A stretch of DNA of 53,567 bases, counting the filler, from Dirinaria sp. TL-2023a (lineage: Eukaryota): the NCBI GenBank assembly GCA_051941275.1. It is 3 parts of 3 records of this genome, joined end to end, with 100 filler letters (N's around TTAATTAATTAA, not from the genome) between each part and the next. Parts side by side here need not be neighbours in the genome. Positions count along the whole stretch, not along the records: positions 17,918 to 35,733 come from JAVEBF010000412.1; positions 35,834 to 53,567 come from JAVEBF010000413.1; 1 more part is not named here. One strand, written 5' to 3'. The notes below the pieces were generated by a model. The model searched no databases. It worked only from the letters and a program-made list of their open reading frames with translations, and was not told the origin of the DNA. Of this stretch, positions 26,850-38,582 are shown one piece after another. Made by a program: the position numbers and the translations under genes. Position 1 is the first letter of the stretch; every line of letters begins with the position of its first letter.

Positions 26850-29800
26850 GCTTCTTCTTCGTCTTCTTTTCTTTCAATCACTTCTCAATGCTTCTCTCCC
26901 GTCTTGTGTAGTGGACTTATATATGTAAATTTAAACTCTACTTAAATATTTACATTACTTTAGTAAACATCGGCACGCGTTTAGCATTTTTGTCATTTCT
27001 AGACTGAAATGTAAATGGAAGCAGGATTTGCTGAAATAGACTCATATATACCTGACCTTACACAACCGTAACAAAGAATCTCTCGTAAAAAATCCAAGGT
27101 TGCACTTGACATCTGTCTCAACAATTCTTTACTTTGTTTTGAAAGCACCCACGCCTAGGTCCAAAACCGCTCCGAGCTAACACCCCAGAATTGATTTGAA
27201 ATTCTAGAGGGACCAGATGCTCTTTTCTAGAGTGATTCTCGAATCGGTAGAAAGAGCAATTCACCTCCCGATTTGCTCAACGAGTGGCTTTTAAAACGGA
27301 AGCAGCGCTCACACTATGTAAACCAAACCTCGTCCTCAAGGTCAACAGGATCATACCTCGCACTCGCTTTTTATCGAGTAACAATGTTGTCTTACTATGC
27401 GCTACAGGTGGTCTCTCCACTCAGAGAGACACGAACGATGACCGAATATCCAATATCCAAATAGCCCAACTACAAGACGCAGAATCAAGCGAAAGGCCGA
27501 TGTCCATTGGGATAGCCCGGAACCTAAAAAGCTTACCTTTCCCCCTGCCGTGACGATGGACACAGATACCGGTTCTGCTGCAGAATATCTATGGCCATAG
27601 GCCCATCAGCCAAACCAACTATTGCCGAACCAGCCATGTCAGCATTCAATGCTACTATGGACAGACTCGATGTAAGGAATACACTCTTCTGAGCATAGAA
27701 TGAAGCTGTGATTGAGAGATGCTAGCAACAAGAACAAAGGGTCCAGCAACGAGGAAATGGACTCCAGCAACTCGAAAGTTCCAAATCGACTTTTATGCCG
27801 AACGACTTCCCCCGTACCAGAACAACCTTTTAGTGCACCATGTTGAACGCATCCTGGCGGCAAATAAAAGTGCCTCGGGTAGCGAAGAGAAACGCCCGGA
27901 CACTCCCAATAAATTTAATACTAAAAACCCGCTGAAGGGTCATAGAATTTCCCCTAGTCAGGGTAGTGAAGATGGAGACAGGCATTCGACACTTCAGCTA
28001 GAAGTAAAAGCGGAAAAAATAGGCCCGCAGATGTTGAAACATGCGAAGGGTTCGGCCTGAAATCGAAACGCCACTGGATGCCGAAGTCATGGACAAAGGG
28101 GACGACTTAGCCCGTAGGACAGAAATCATATTCGCCAAGATTTTGTGCTCTGTGGTGTACAAACACATGCAAGTTTAAGATGAATTTCGAGGCCTGTACC
28201 CTTTCGTCTATGGACGAACAGTTGAACGAATGGCGGAGTTGTGACCGGTAAGTCCACACTCACATCATCTCTAAGGAAAACTTATCAAGAGTCTTAGTAC
28301 GGTGCATGCTTTTTTTTTTCCTCAGCGTGCAATGTCTTCATCTAGAGGCTTTTCTCTCTCCATAGCCGACCACCTGCTGGGAGTTGATCAGCCATCTCTC
28401 CACTAGCGTGGCTAATACGGTGCGATTCTTCCTTCCGGATCCAAAAGGGGAAAGCTTGGCCAATTGCCATTTCCCCTATATACCCTGCTCAGCATCTTCA
28501 TAAATATATCTCCTTGGAGTCTAATGAGAGAAAAACTGGTTCACTGTCAAATTCTAATCGGGCCGTTACACGTCTTGAATGACGAAAGCGTTGGTGATTG
28601 CTGTTTGCCGATATAGATATACCCTAAAGTATACTATTTAGTCATTGATGTAGCAAACAACGGGACATGCCCATTCCCCGGGCAAATTCGGCCGCTTGTC
28701 CCCCATCTCTCTCACATTCTTCGCTTTCGGCTACAACCTTATTAGAAAAAAGAAACATCTCCTCTGTTTTCAAATTTCAAATATGAGGACACAGAAAGGG
28801 TACTGACTGATATCCTCCTACCCGCATCAGGAAGTGATGTCTCCGGCATTTCAGTCGGCTCTTCTCTCTTTCGGGGAGGGCTACACTGCGCTTATGACAG
28901 TGTGGGAGAAGAGTGAAGTGGGAGCAGGGCAATGGCAATGGCAATGACACACAGTGTGGTCAGCGCTAGCAGAAGCCGGGTTGCAGACATGCTCTGCTGT
29001 GCACAAGATCAGTAAACTTTCTGAGTGATGACAGAATCGCTAAAAAGCACGGCTGAACGAAACGAACTACATACGGCAAATAAAAAGCAAGCCATCGAAG
29101 GAATCAGGGACGGAAAGGGCTGAGATCGATCTGGTCGATCTATCTTGGTCTTCCAGAATCCGTCTCGAATCTGGCCCAGGCCCGTCGGAATCGCCAAGGA
29201 TGATGGATCCCATCAGATCGACACTTTTTTTTCGCTTCAATCTATGACAGGGATTGTCAGAAACGGGCGTGCCGTCCATGAATTTCCGCATCAGGGCTGG
29301 AGTGAAAATTGGAGGTGGGTTCGCGAGTCATGACTGATCTTCTGTCTAGAATGTATACTCGGTTCCTTTTCACGTCAATCATATCTATCAAGTGCATTTT
29401 TTTAATCACGCTATGTTCGCGACGTCGGAGCCCCGAATGCTTGAGCGCGAGGGATGATCCCTCTGATTGAAGGGGGGAGGGGGGGAAGAATCATGAATGT
29501 CGCTTCCTTCCAGACTGTACTATCCTTTCTGGAGGTGAAGAGGGTTGCACGGTGACGGCATACGGTACTGTATGCTGCGTCCAGAGACGGAATTGCACAG
29601 CTGACTACCTTGCGGGCGTTATCGAAGGAGCGAGCAAGTCAATGGATCACCGTCAGCGCCTATTGTTCCTGAACAGTGCACATGGCTACGGACACACGTT
29701 GATACTGTACGGCAGTGATGGAGGATCAAGAGCGCATGAGTGACGGGTATACTTGCTCGGGTACCGGCGGGTGGATGGGGACGTCCCGAAGCCTTTTAAA

Positions 29801-30443
29801 AGGGCCGGGCTGGTAACCCGTGTTCCTGGCGAGTGGGGCGAAGGTGGGCATCTGTATCTGTCAGGCACCGGGCTTTGGTATTCGATATGGGGGGGTGAAA
29901 GGGATGGGGAGATGGGGAGGATGGGTCGGTTGAGACACAAGAAGGTGGACAGTGCATCGGAATGAAAGTTAATAAGGTCCAAGTGGGAAGCTCGTGCATC
30001 CCAAAGGATAATCTCGTGGCTAACGGTCAGATCCTGCGACCAGCCGTAACGTGGGCCGTGGGCCGATAACAAACTTGACAGCCTACTTGACAGCCTGACA
30101 GGTCTTCCATTGCAACAAGCGGCCAATAGGACAGATCGGATGGTGCCCAAAACACCTGGGAGCTTTGACTCGGGCCGCAGCCATCAAGCCCCCGGGGGTC
30201 TCGGAAAACGACCGGAAACAGGCAAATCATTGCTCGAATTAGCTTCTCAAGTCGCCCACGACTCCCAAGCTACTAGCACCACAGATGGCGCGAGCAGGCC
30301 AAACGCTCTAACATGTACGGATGGCTGAGTCGCCCTGAACCCCCATTCACCACCAGTCCCATCCGCTCATATATCCTTCCCTCTCGCATGCGCGCCAGAT
30401 CGATCGCAGCACCGATGGTTCGACCCTGCTTCGAAGAACAGCA

Positions 30444-31794
30444 ATGTCGCCGTCCGCACGATCCAAGCCCACGGTTCTGCTTCTCGGCGAAGTTCTGCAT
30501 GCATCTGTGGAATGGAACGCGCTCTCGGCAGTTGGCGAACTCCGGGTACGAGCCTAAACACCCACATCGCTGCCTGACTACTCATTACTGCGTTTCACCG
30601 TTTTGTTGCATGCAATTGCCACGCAGGCTGACCAGAAGGCATGCATACAGCAAGTCAATGAAGGAGATCGAGAACAATTCATCGACGACTGTGAATCGGG
30701 CATCTACGATGGCATCCTTGCCATCTCCAGGACTTACGACAGCATTGAGGTGCGTTACGCAGAATCCCTGCTGCAAGCTGCATTGCACTGCGGTACTGGA
30801 AGAGAAAGAGGCTGACGAATCTGCCAGCTGACTGGACCGTTCGATACCGAGCTCGTCGAAGCTCTACCGGACAGCTTAAAATTCATCGCTCATAACGGCG
30901 CGGGCTACGATCAGATCGATGTCGATGCATGCACAAAGCGAGGTTGGACCCCTGCACAGCATCCCACACAGTCTGCTCAAGTCGATGTTCTAATTGTGCA
31001 TTATAGGCATTGCTGTCTCCAACACACCTGGCGCTGTCGATGCCTCCACCGCGAATACAGCGCTCTATCTCCTGCTGGGCGCTTTGCGTCGCTCTCATGT
31101 TCCTTCACTTGCCCTTCGGGCAGGGAAATGGCGCGGATCCATGGATCTCGGGCATGACCCGGAAGGTAAAATCCTGGGAATACTCGGCATGGGGGGTATT
31201 GGCGGTGCACTTGCGCGTCGCGCTGCTCCGTTCGACATGAAGATCCAATACCACAACCGCAAACCAGTGGCTCACGAGCAAAACCCAACCAATGCCAAGT
31301 ACGTGTCATTCAAGGAGCTCCTGAGCACGAGCGATATAATCAGCGTACATCTACCGCTTTCACACGCAACCAGGCGCTTGATTGGGCGCAAGGAATTCGC
31401 CATGATGAAGACGGGAGTGGTCATCATCAATACCGCTCGAGGGAAGATCGTGGATGAGCAAGCGCTTGTCGATGCCCTGGATTCTGGAAAAGTGTTCGCA
31501 GCCGGCTTGGATGTCTACGAAAAAGAGCCGAGCATCCATCCAGGGTTGATCAAAAGTGACAAGGCTGTTCTTTTGCCGCATGTCGGCACAGCAACTCTTG
31601 AGACCATGGTGAGTCGTCCATGAGAACACAGAATAGCAGATCCCTACTTGAAAAATTTGTGGATGATCGCGTCGAACTGACTTTGCCCATCATAGCGCAA
31701 AATGGAGCTGTTGGTCATTGAGAACATTCGCAGTGTACTTGAGAAGGGTAAGCTGGTGACACCGGTACCGGAACAACGGAGGCGCAAAACATGA
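30444..31794 (+). CDS. D-isomer-specific 2-hydroxyacid dehydrogenase (glyoxylate reductase-like); 5 exons
   Basis: ATG 30444; introns 30546-30650, 30750-30827, 30943-31006 and 31609-31695 are all in frame. Motifs HNGAGYDQID, GILGMGGIG, INTARG, GLDVYEKEP, LPHVGT. Confidence 0.92.
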
Positions 31795-32378
31795 TGAGAA
31801 TGTGATCGCATTCTTGACCATCTTTAGACAGTATCTGGGCAGAATGGGCTTTGGAGGTTTCCGGGTAAAGGCAAAGTCGTCACAGCGTTGTATTTGATAT
31901 TTCGATTCTTCAGTACAGCTATTTTTGTCACAAATATACAGGTCTTTCCTCTTTACGATGCCGCTACGGGCGTCGCTGACAACAGACTTTGAGATATATA
32001 ATCCTTTCGCAATGACGGTAGTCGTATCATTTGGAAGTGCGATGGATTTATCGAAAGTGAAGGGAGGAGAGAAGACGATAGATGAACTATAATGTATGTA
32101 GACAGCTCTCCTTTTATGATGTGGATTAGGAGATTCAGGGCCAAAATGGAGGGCGATGACTAAGCCGGCCTTGGCATCCCATTCGGTCTTGGCAGCTTGG
32201 CCATGCCAGCCACACCAGCGAGACCAGCCTCTCCTACCGCGTCCTGCCTCGCCCCAACCGACCTAAAGTACATACAGTACATATGATAAGGTATCACTGC
32301 ATACTGCCATGACTTCCGTACTCTTCCTCGCTCGAGGAATTCCCTCCTCGCCTTCGTTCCTGCTATCCCACATTCCTC

Positions 32379-34825
32379 ATGAATCTCTCCGATCAACGAC
32401 TGAAATCCGTTACCTCTCATAAACCCCAGCTCATCCATTCCGACTCAAAGCAATCCGTAACTGCTTCAGACGACTACTATTCACTTGACTCCGATCAAAG
32501 TCATGAAGAGCCTTTTCATCGCTACAAAACCCCTCCGCAAAGCCAAGAAGTGCTGCAAAGTGAAGGCACGATCCCGACAATCAGACCAACCAAGCATGAA
32601 CCTCCATCGACCTACCATACTCAACGCCCGTTAGAGGTTCGTTTTGAGAAGAACACAAAGATACCAAGGAAGCCAGTGCCGTCCGAAGGTATTGTGGCTC
32701 GAAGGGCCGCAGATTCCGAGCTTTGCCCCCCAACGCCGGGAGTGGACGATACGCCGTACATTCGGTTTGCCATCGAGCAGTTAACCAGAGACGAAGAGCT
32801 CCTGGGACCGCGGAGTCATGGAGTCGGAAACCTAGACTCGCATGCTGTGGCAACACCCGTTCAAGACCTTCCAACGCAAGCAGATGATGGAGCTATTGAA
32901 CCTATTCGCGACGGGAGACACAGCTCGGATACCATAATCCGGCGTCCCACGATACTCAGTGAGTACTGAACCTATCCTATGTTGTGCAAACATTCTGATC
33001 AATTCTAGGCGGCGGCAATATCTTTATACCTATTGATCCCACTGATGGCTATCGCTACCCCGAACTCGATTTTCTCCCTGGACCTTTACGACTATTCTCA
33101 CTTGGCCTACTCCTATTCAGCTGCCTCTTAATGATCGCGGCGCTAATTTTCTGCAATGTCTGGTCCATCAAGCATAATGGGCTTTGGCTGTATGACGGGG
33201 TTTCCACCGGCCGCTACTTTGTTTTTCAATTCCTTCCCCAGATCTTAGCCAGCGTTATCATCGTTTGGCTACTAGTCATCCAAACCGCTTTGCATCGCAT
33301 ATTTCCTTTCGCTGCCCTAGCTTCGGGTCGGAGTTCTCGAAACTCCAAAATACTGCATAACGTAGCGCTGATTCCGACTACGTACTTGATACCCAATTTG
33401 ATTTTCTTTAAGCATGCGGAAAATTCACTAGGAGTTTGCTCCGTCATTTTTTGGCTTGCTCTTTTTACCGTACCGTTACAGGCTTGTCTTTTTCAAACCC
33501 GATACTATACTGTCGATGAGCCGGGTGTTTGGAGATGGACCGCTGTACAGCCCATCGGGTGGACGTTACTTGCATTATATATACTTTTGGTCGCGGCTCT
33601 TATTCTTCTGTCTTTACGATTCTGGCGTCGACCGACAGGGCTAAAGTGGGATGCCGCGTCTCTGGCAGACATCCTCGTTTTGGCTCAACGCTCGAATATA
33701 CTGTCAGATTTCGAAGGGAGCGAGAACCAGATTTACTGGAACAAAGTTCCGATTGCGAAACATTATCGGCTCGGCTACTGGAGAACATCGAACCAGCCGA
33801 ACGACGCATTCCATGGTATTGGAGAGGCGCATGCTCCTGCCGACCCCTACTTGCTAGAGCATGGCCTGAGGAAAACTGGAGGATTCGATCAAAGAACCAA
33901 GGACCGAAGAAGCATCGACAATGACAGCGAGCGAGCCTTTAGCACTGAGTCTTTCCAACCTGGGTTTCAGACCAGAGCAGAACGATACCGCTACATCCCT
34001 TGGTCCCTGAGAGATTCATGCGTTGTAGCATGGATGGTTACTCTCATCATCCTCATGATCGCCTTCCTGATCCTCAGCTTCGTCAACCATCCGCTGACTC
34101 ACGGCTTCCTTCCTCTTCTCCCGGCGCCCACCACTTCCCACGGTTTCTCTCCGGCCGACTTCCTCTACAGCTTCCTCCCTGCATTTGTCGGCATGCTCCT
34201 ATTCCTCATCCTCCAGCCCATCGACCTAGCCTTCCGTGCTCTCCAACCCTACGCCAATCTAGCCAATGTCCACGGCGCCACGGCTGAGCAATCACTCCTT
34301 CTCGACTACACCGCTTGTCTCCCTGGCGCAGTGACTATCAAAGCCGCTCTTGCAGGCGATCTCAAGGTCGCTTGGCTCTCCTTCATGGCTACGGTGTCCA
34401 TAACATTACCGATTCTTGGCGGTGGCGTCTTTACCGCTCAGTTTTTTCCTACGACCCAAGACGTTCGCATCGCGGCTTCGATGCCTGCATATGATGCGCT
34501 CGTCTGCTTCGTCGTGCTCTACGCGCTATCTTCCCTGCTCGTCTGGCCGGGTCACAAGAGACATCTTCCCCACGACTTCCGGAGCCTGGGCCAGATCATC
34601 AGCTTCGTGTACTGCAGCCCGTTGTTACAGGACGACGTGTTTCGGGATCCCCAGTCGAGAATTGACTTGGTCACGAGGTTGCTTACTGGCTCCAAGGCGC
34701 AAGGGTACGAAAGAGCCAGGTATGCCTTTGGCTTGTACAAGGGTTTAGATGGAAGAAGACGACTTGGGATTGACCAGATCAACAGAGATGGAGACAAGCC
34801 ATCGGTTGGGAAGGAGACTGTCTGA
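32379..34825 (+). CDS. Multi-pass membrane protein, DUF3433-like; 2 exons
   Basis: Intron 32959-33008 joins the two ORFs. PTPGVDDTPYIRFAIEQLT motif; two similar TM blocks (FQFLPQILA..IFPFAAL and YSFLPAFVG..LQPYANL..SLLLDY); TGLKWD. Confidence 0.8.
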
Positions 34826-35733
34826 GGGTTTTCTTAATTCATTAACGTCTGCCGGGAAACGAGACTTATGTATGATGTATGACGTTTGAATGCTGGGAAA
34901 CGAATGATTATACTACTATAATAAATATACACCATAATCATAAATAATAATTATAAGATACCCTAGGTAGCTCATCTTCCGACCTTTCGGTATTCAGGTC
35001 CCTATCCCGCAAGCGATATCTTACATCGATTCGGTTCTCCTGACCAAGTCATACCTTTTCACAATCGATGAGGGACAGGTACGAGTACTAGTTTCCATCC
35101 AGCCTCCAAGTGTTCGTTAGTAGTAGTGAAAATCTTTTCTGCGTGGTCCCATGTGTTCATTCACCTCGGAAGTCCTTACCCTTTAAGGCACCTTATCTTC
35201 AATTCCTGTATCTTCAATTCCCGGAATTCGGTCATATTAATATTCGGAGTAATAGTTTCCCCAGAATAGGTAAAATGAGTGCTACCTACCTACAGACCTA
35301 ATTACATACCTTACCTGCAGTAGGTTTATCTATCTATCTCAATAATATCCCATGGCCCCGCCGAAGCCACTCACTGACACACAATATTTATCACATAATT
35401 TGGATAGGTAGGTAGGTATGCTATCATAAATCAATTTAAACGTACTTTAAGATCTTAAGGTACATTATCAATATCAATCGAGAGCGAGAGTTGTTTTATT
35501 CCCTTGTTCCCCCTACCCTGCCTAAGAAAGTCGTGACACGGACACAAACACAGGGGGGAGTTAGAAGGAGAATTGCCAGTTTTCACGTATGAAAGGGTTT
35601 TATACAAACGTTGTTCTAAGAGAAAATAGATAGTATAAAGAAGGTACTCAAGCGTGTAAAAAAGAGAGAGATTAGAGGGGGGAATAAATTTATATTATGT
35701 ATATACATCTCGATCTTACCCCCCAACCTTCCC

Positions 35734-35833
35734 NNNNNNNNNNNNNNNNNNNNNNNNNNNNNNNNNNNNNNNNNNNNTTAATTAATTAANNNNNNNNNNN
35801 NNNNNNNNNNNNNNNNNNNNNNNNNNNNNNNNN
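35734..35833. other. Assembly gap spacer N44-TTAATTAATTAA-N44
   Basis: Same 100-nt design as 17818-17917. Confidence 0.97.
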
Positions 35834-35865
35834 GGTAAGAGGAGTTGTAGTTTTGGTAGGTTATA

Positions 35866-36380
35866 GTAAGTAAGTAAGTAATCTTTTTATTTCTTTTTTT
35901 TTCTTTTTTTTTTTTTTTTTTTTTATATCTATTATCTATTATCGAAGATTGTGACGAAGCAGAGATAGAGAGGAAGTAACTGAGGCTGTGCTGACTGGTT
36001 GGTTGGTTGGTTGGTTGGTTTGGGAAGTTTGGAAAAAAGAACTGGGGAAAGAACTGGGTGGGGACGTTGTTTTATTGTTTTATTGTCTTGTTTTCTTTTA
36101 TCTGAATGTAAGACTTTACATCGAAGTAAACCAAGAAGATAAGATATCCCTTTTTCTTTCCCCCCTAAAGATCTTCAAGCCACTCTCTCATACTCTCATA
36201 TCTTAGAAGAAAAAAAAAAAAAGAGAGAGAGGAAGGAAAATTAAAGACACACTCTCTCCTTTTTCTCTTTCTTTTTTTTTTTTGAAAATAGGGGAATTGG
36301 GGAATTTAGCTTACCTTTTCAGTGCTCATGAATATATGGCATGGCATGGGATGAGACGAGACGAGACGAGACGAGACGAG
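35866..36380. repeat. Cluster of simple repeats: (GTAA)n, poly-T, (GGTT)n, poly-A, (GAGAC)5
   Basis: Read directly at about 35866, 35904, 35997, 36209 and 36353. Confidence 0.9.
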
Positions 36381-36571
36381 ATATATATCTCTAATGCATC
36401 TGCTGTGTAGAGAGGAGAGGAGAGGGGATGTGTAAGGATGGGAGGAAAATGGGAGGAATATATGACATATTTATTTACCAAGGGGCTTTACAGTTCGGGA
36501 GTAGATTACTACATATGTACCCCCATTCTTTTAACTTACTACTGCTTCTTACTACTAGTCACTACTTACCA

Positions 36572-37935
36572 CTAAACATGCCTCATCTCAACCTCATCCG
36601 CCTGCCGCCCCAGCACCACCCTCTTGCACCACGCACACCAGCTCCTCTCCGCGCCCGAGATCTCTCGCCCCAGCAACTGGCCCCCCTCGCGCTCATCCTC
36701 CCACTCCCTGACGGGGGCCCCGACCCGGACGCGGCGCTTATACTTCTTCTTGACCACGCCGCCGATGCCCTCGATCTCCTGCCTCAGATACCCGGCCTCG
36801 ACGTCCGCCAACTCTTCATGATGAGCGGCGACGACCTCGCCGTCGTCGGGGGTTTCGGACCGGCGCAGCGGCGAGCTCGATTCCGCGGTGGGGCACTCGC
36901 CCTCGACATCCACGATCTGCGCGCCCAGGCACTGTTCTTTGCGCGCGCACTTGACGCCTTCGTTGCCCTCGCCCACGCCCGTCCCCAGCCCGCCGAGGTA
37001 GGTGCTGTAGCGGGTGCGCCAGGTCCAGATGCGGCGGTAGGTGGTGTCGTCTTGGGCGAGGCCGTAGCCGCAGTGCATGCACAGGTACACGCCCTGGGAG
37101 TCGCACGTGCAAGGTTCGCGCGGGACGAAGTCGTGCAGCTTGGCGGTCTCCTCGAGCCGCTTCGCTTGCAGCGTGAGCTGGCTGAGAGGGGCGCTGAGGC
37201 AGGTGGAGCACAGCCGGCGGTGGCGGTTGGGCAGTTTCCACGGCGAAGGCGGCTTGTGCGCGCAGTTCTGCAAAACAAAAAAAGAATATGTGAGATTCGA
37301 TGGCCCCTTTTCACGCAAACAGTGGTGGAGAGATTTTTGTTCGCAACAGGCGCCTTTTACTACCTGCTTGGTCTTACCCTACAGATGATGGTCCCGCATC
37401 GTCGGCAGTCACCGACCATATCTCGCGCGCAGGGACCGATTTTGCTGTATGCTGTTGGATAGCCAATGTAACGGAGTAGTCCCCCGGTCTGGATCGCCTG
37501 CCCTTCACTGCTCAGAACCCGCTGGCCAGAGACATCTATCGGTTGATCGAATTCGCAGCGGAGCGTCCGCTGGACAAGACTGTCTCGGTAATGCAAGAGG
37601 GTTTGGCGAAATTGTCGGCATGTTCTGGATAGTGCGTGAAGGGAATTCAGGTCCAGCGATAGGGCGATTTGAGAGACGATCCTGAACCGAGACATGTTAT
37701 CAGTTTGGTCACAATGGTCAGAGGGGCTGAGGATGACTGACGGATAGCAACTGAGGGCAGCAGCAAAGCTATTGAGATTGGCATTGGGTCTCTGCGCGTT
37801 GTTGACTCTGTCGGACGTGACAGCAGTTGCGGGTTGGGTCACCTTCCAGATGGGCGCTGGAAAGCCTCTGGTTGATACAGAGCTTGTGCGGGGATCAAGG
37901 GCATCCTTGTCGTCAAGGTCGAGTAGAACCACCAT
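36572..37935 (-). CDS. Cys-rich hypothetical protein, possibly zinc-binding; 3 exons
   Basis: ATG 37935; introns 37741-37682 and 37377-37268. CARDMVGDCRRCGTIICRNC, LCSTC, CTC..YLCMHCG, WCAWCKRV; the segment LHALSRTCRQFR resembles the end of an F-box. Confidence 0.78.
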
Positions 37936-38582
37936 GATGCCATACAGTTCGAAGAGTGTAAGTGGTGGTCCATCAGCACTGAGGTAGTTGCTGAAAGATA
38001 CTTCGGTATGACCGAGATGAAGCTTCGAAATGGTCTTTGAGGGCTGCAGTCCGAGCGCCACCTCCAATGCCAAGCACCGGCAATAGTTGCCTTTAGAAGG
38101 TTGACCTCGGTACGAGTACCTCTGACTAAGTATTCGTACTAGTCCTCAAACAGTCAACGGAACGGCGACATATGGTACGGTACTTCACTATTACCTTAAG
38201 ATACTGCTTTAATGTCTTCCGTCACTGCAGAGCATCTTCGCACGCTGCTGAATCAGATATTTTCGCATGCAGAAAATTACGGCCTATACATTACCGTCTA
38301 ACGGGTTGATGATGGGTTCATTGACTCTGCCCGGCTGTCTCTCGTTAACTCGTAGGATCATGATGTACACGTTTGTGATCTGAGCTTACCCAAGCCACCT
38401 CAAGCCTACGAGTCCAACAGAAGATGGAGACGCAAGCCCAGTACGTAGAAACGGAACGCCGCTGGGGTAAAATCAAGCTATGCACACGTTCTGGAGACCA
38501 AGAATGGATAGTGGATTGCTAAAAAGCTAGATTTGACGAATATATCCAAGAGACAGAGTACAAGAAGCAGAAAGGAACCGTG

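Noticed and set aside
31792..31800. Cryptic peroxisomal signal by stop readthrough in the hydroxyacid dehydrogenase
   Set aside because: The stop is TGA TGA, not the TGA CTA readthrough context, and no PTS1 follows.
36428..37462. 344-aa plus-strand ORF
   Set aside because: Antisense shadow of a GC-rich exon; no motifs, and the minus-strand spliced model is coherent.
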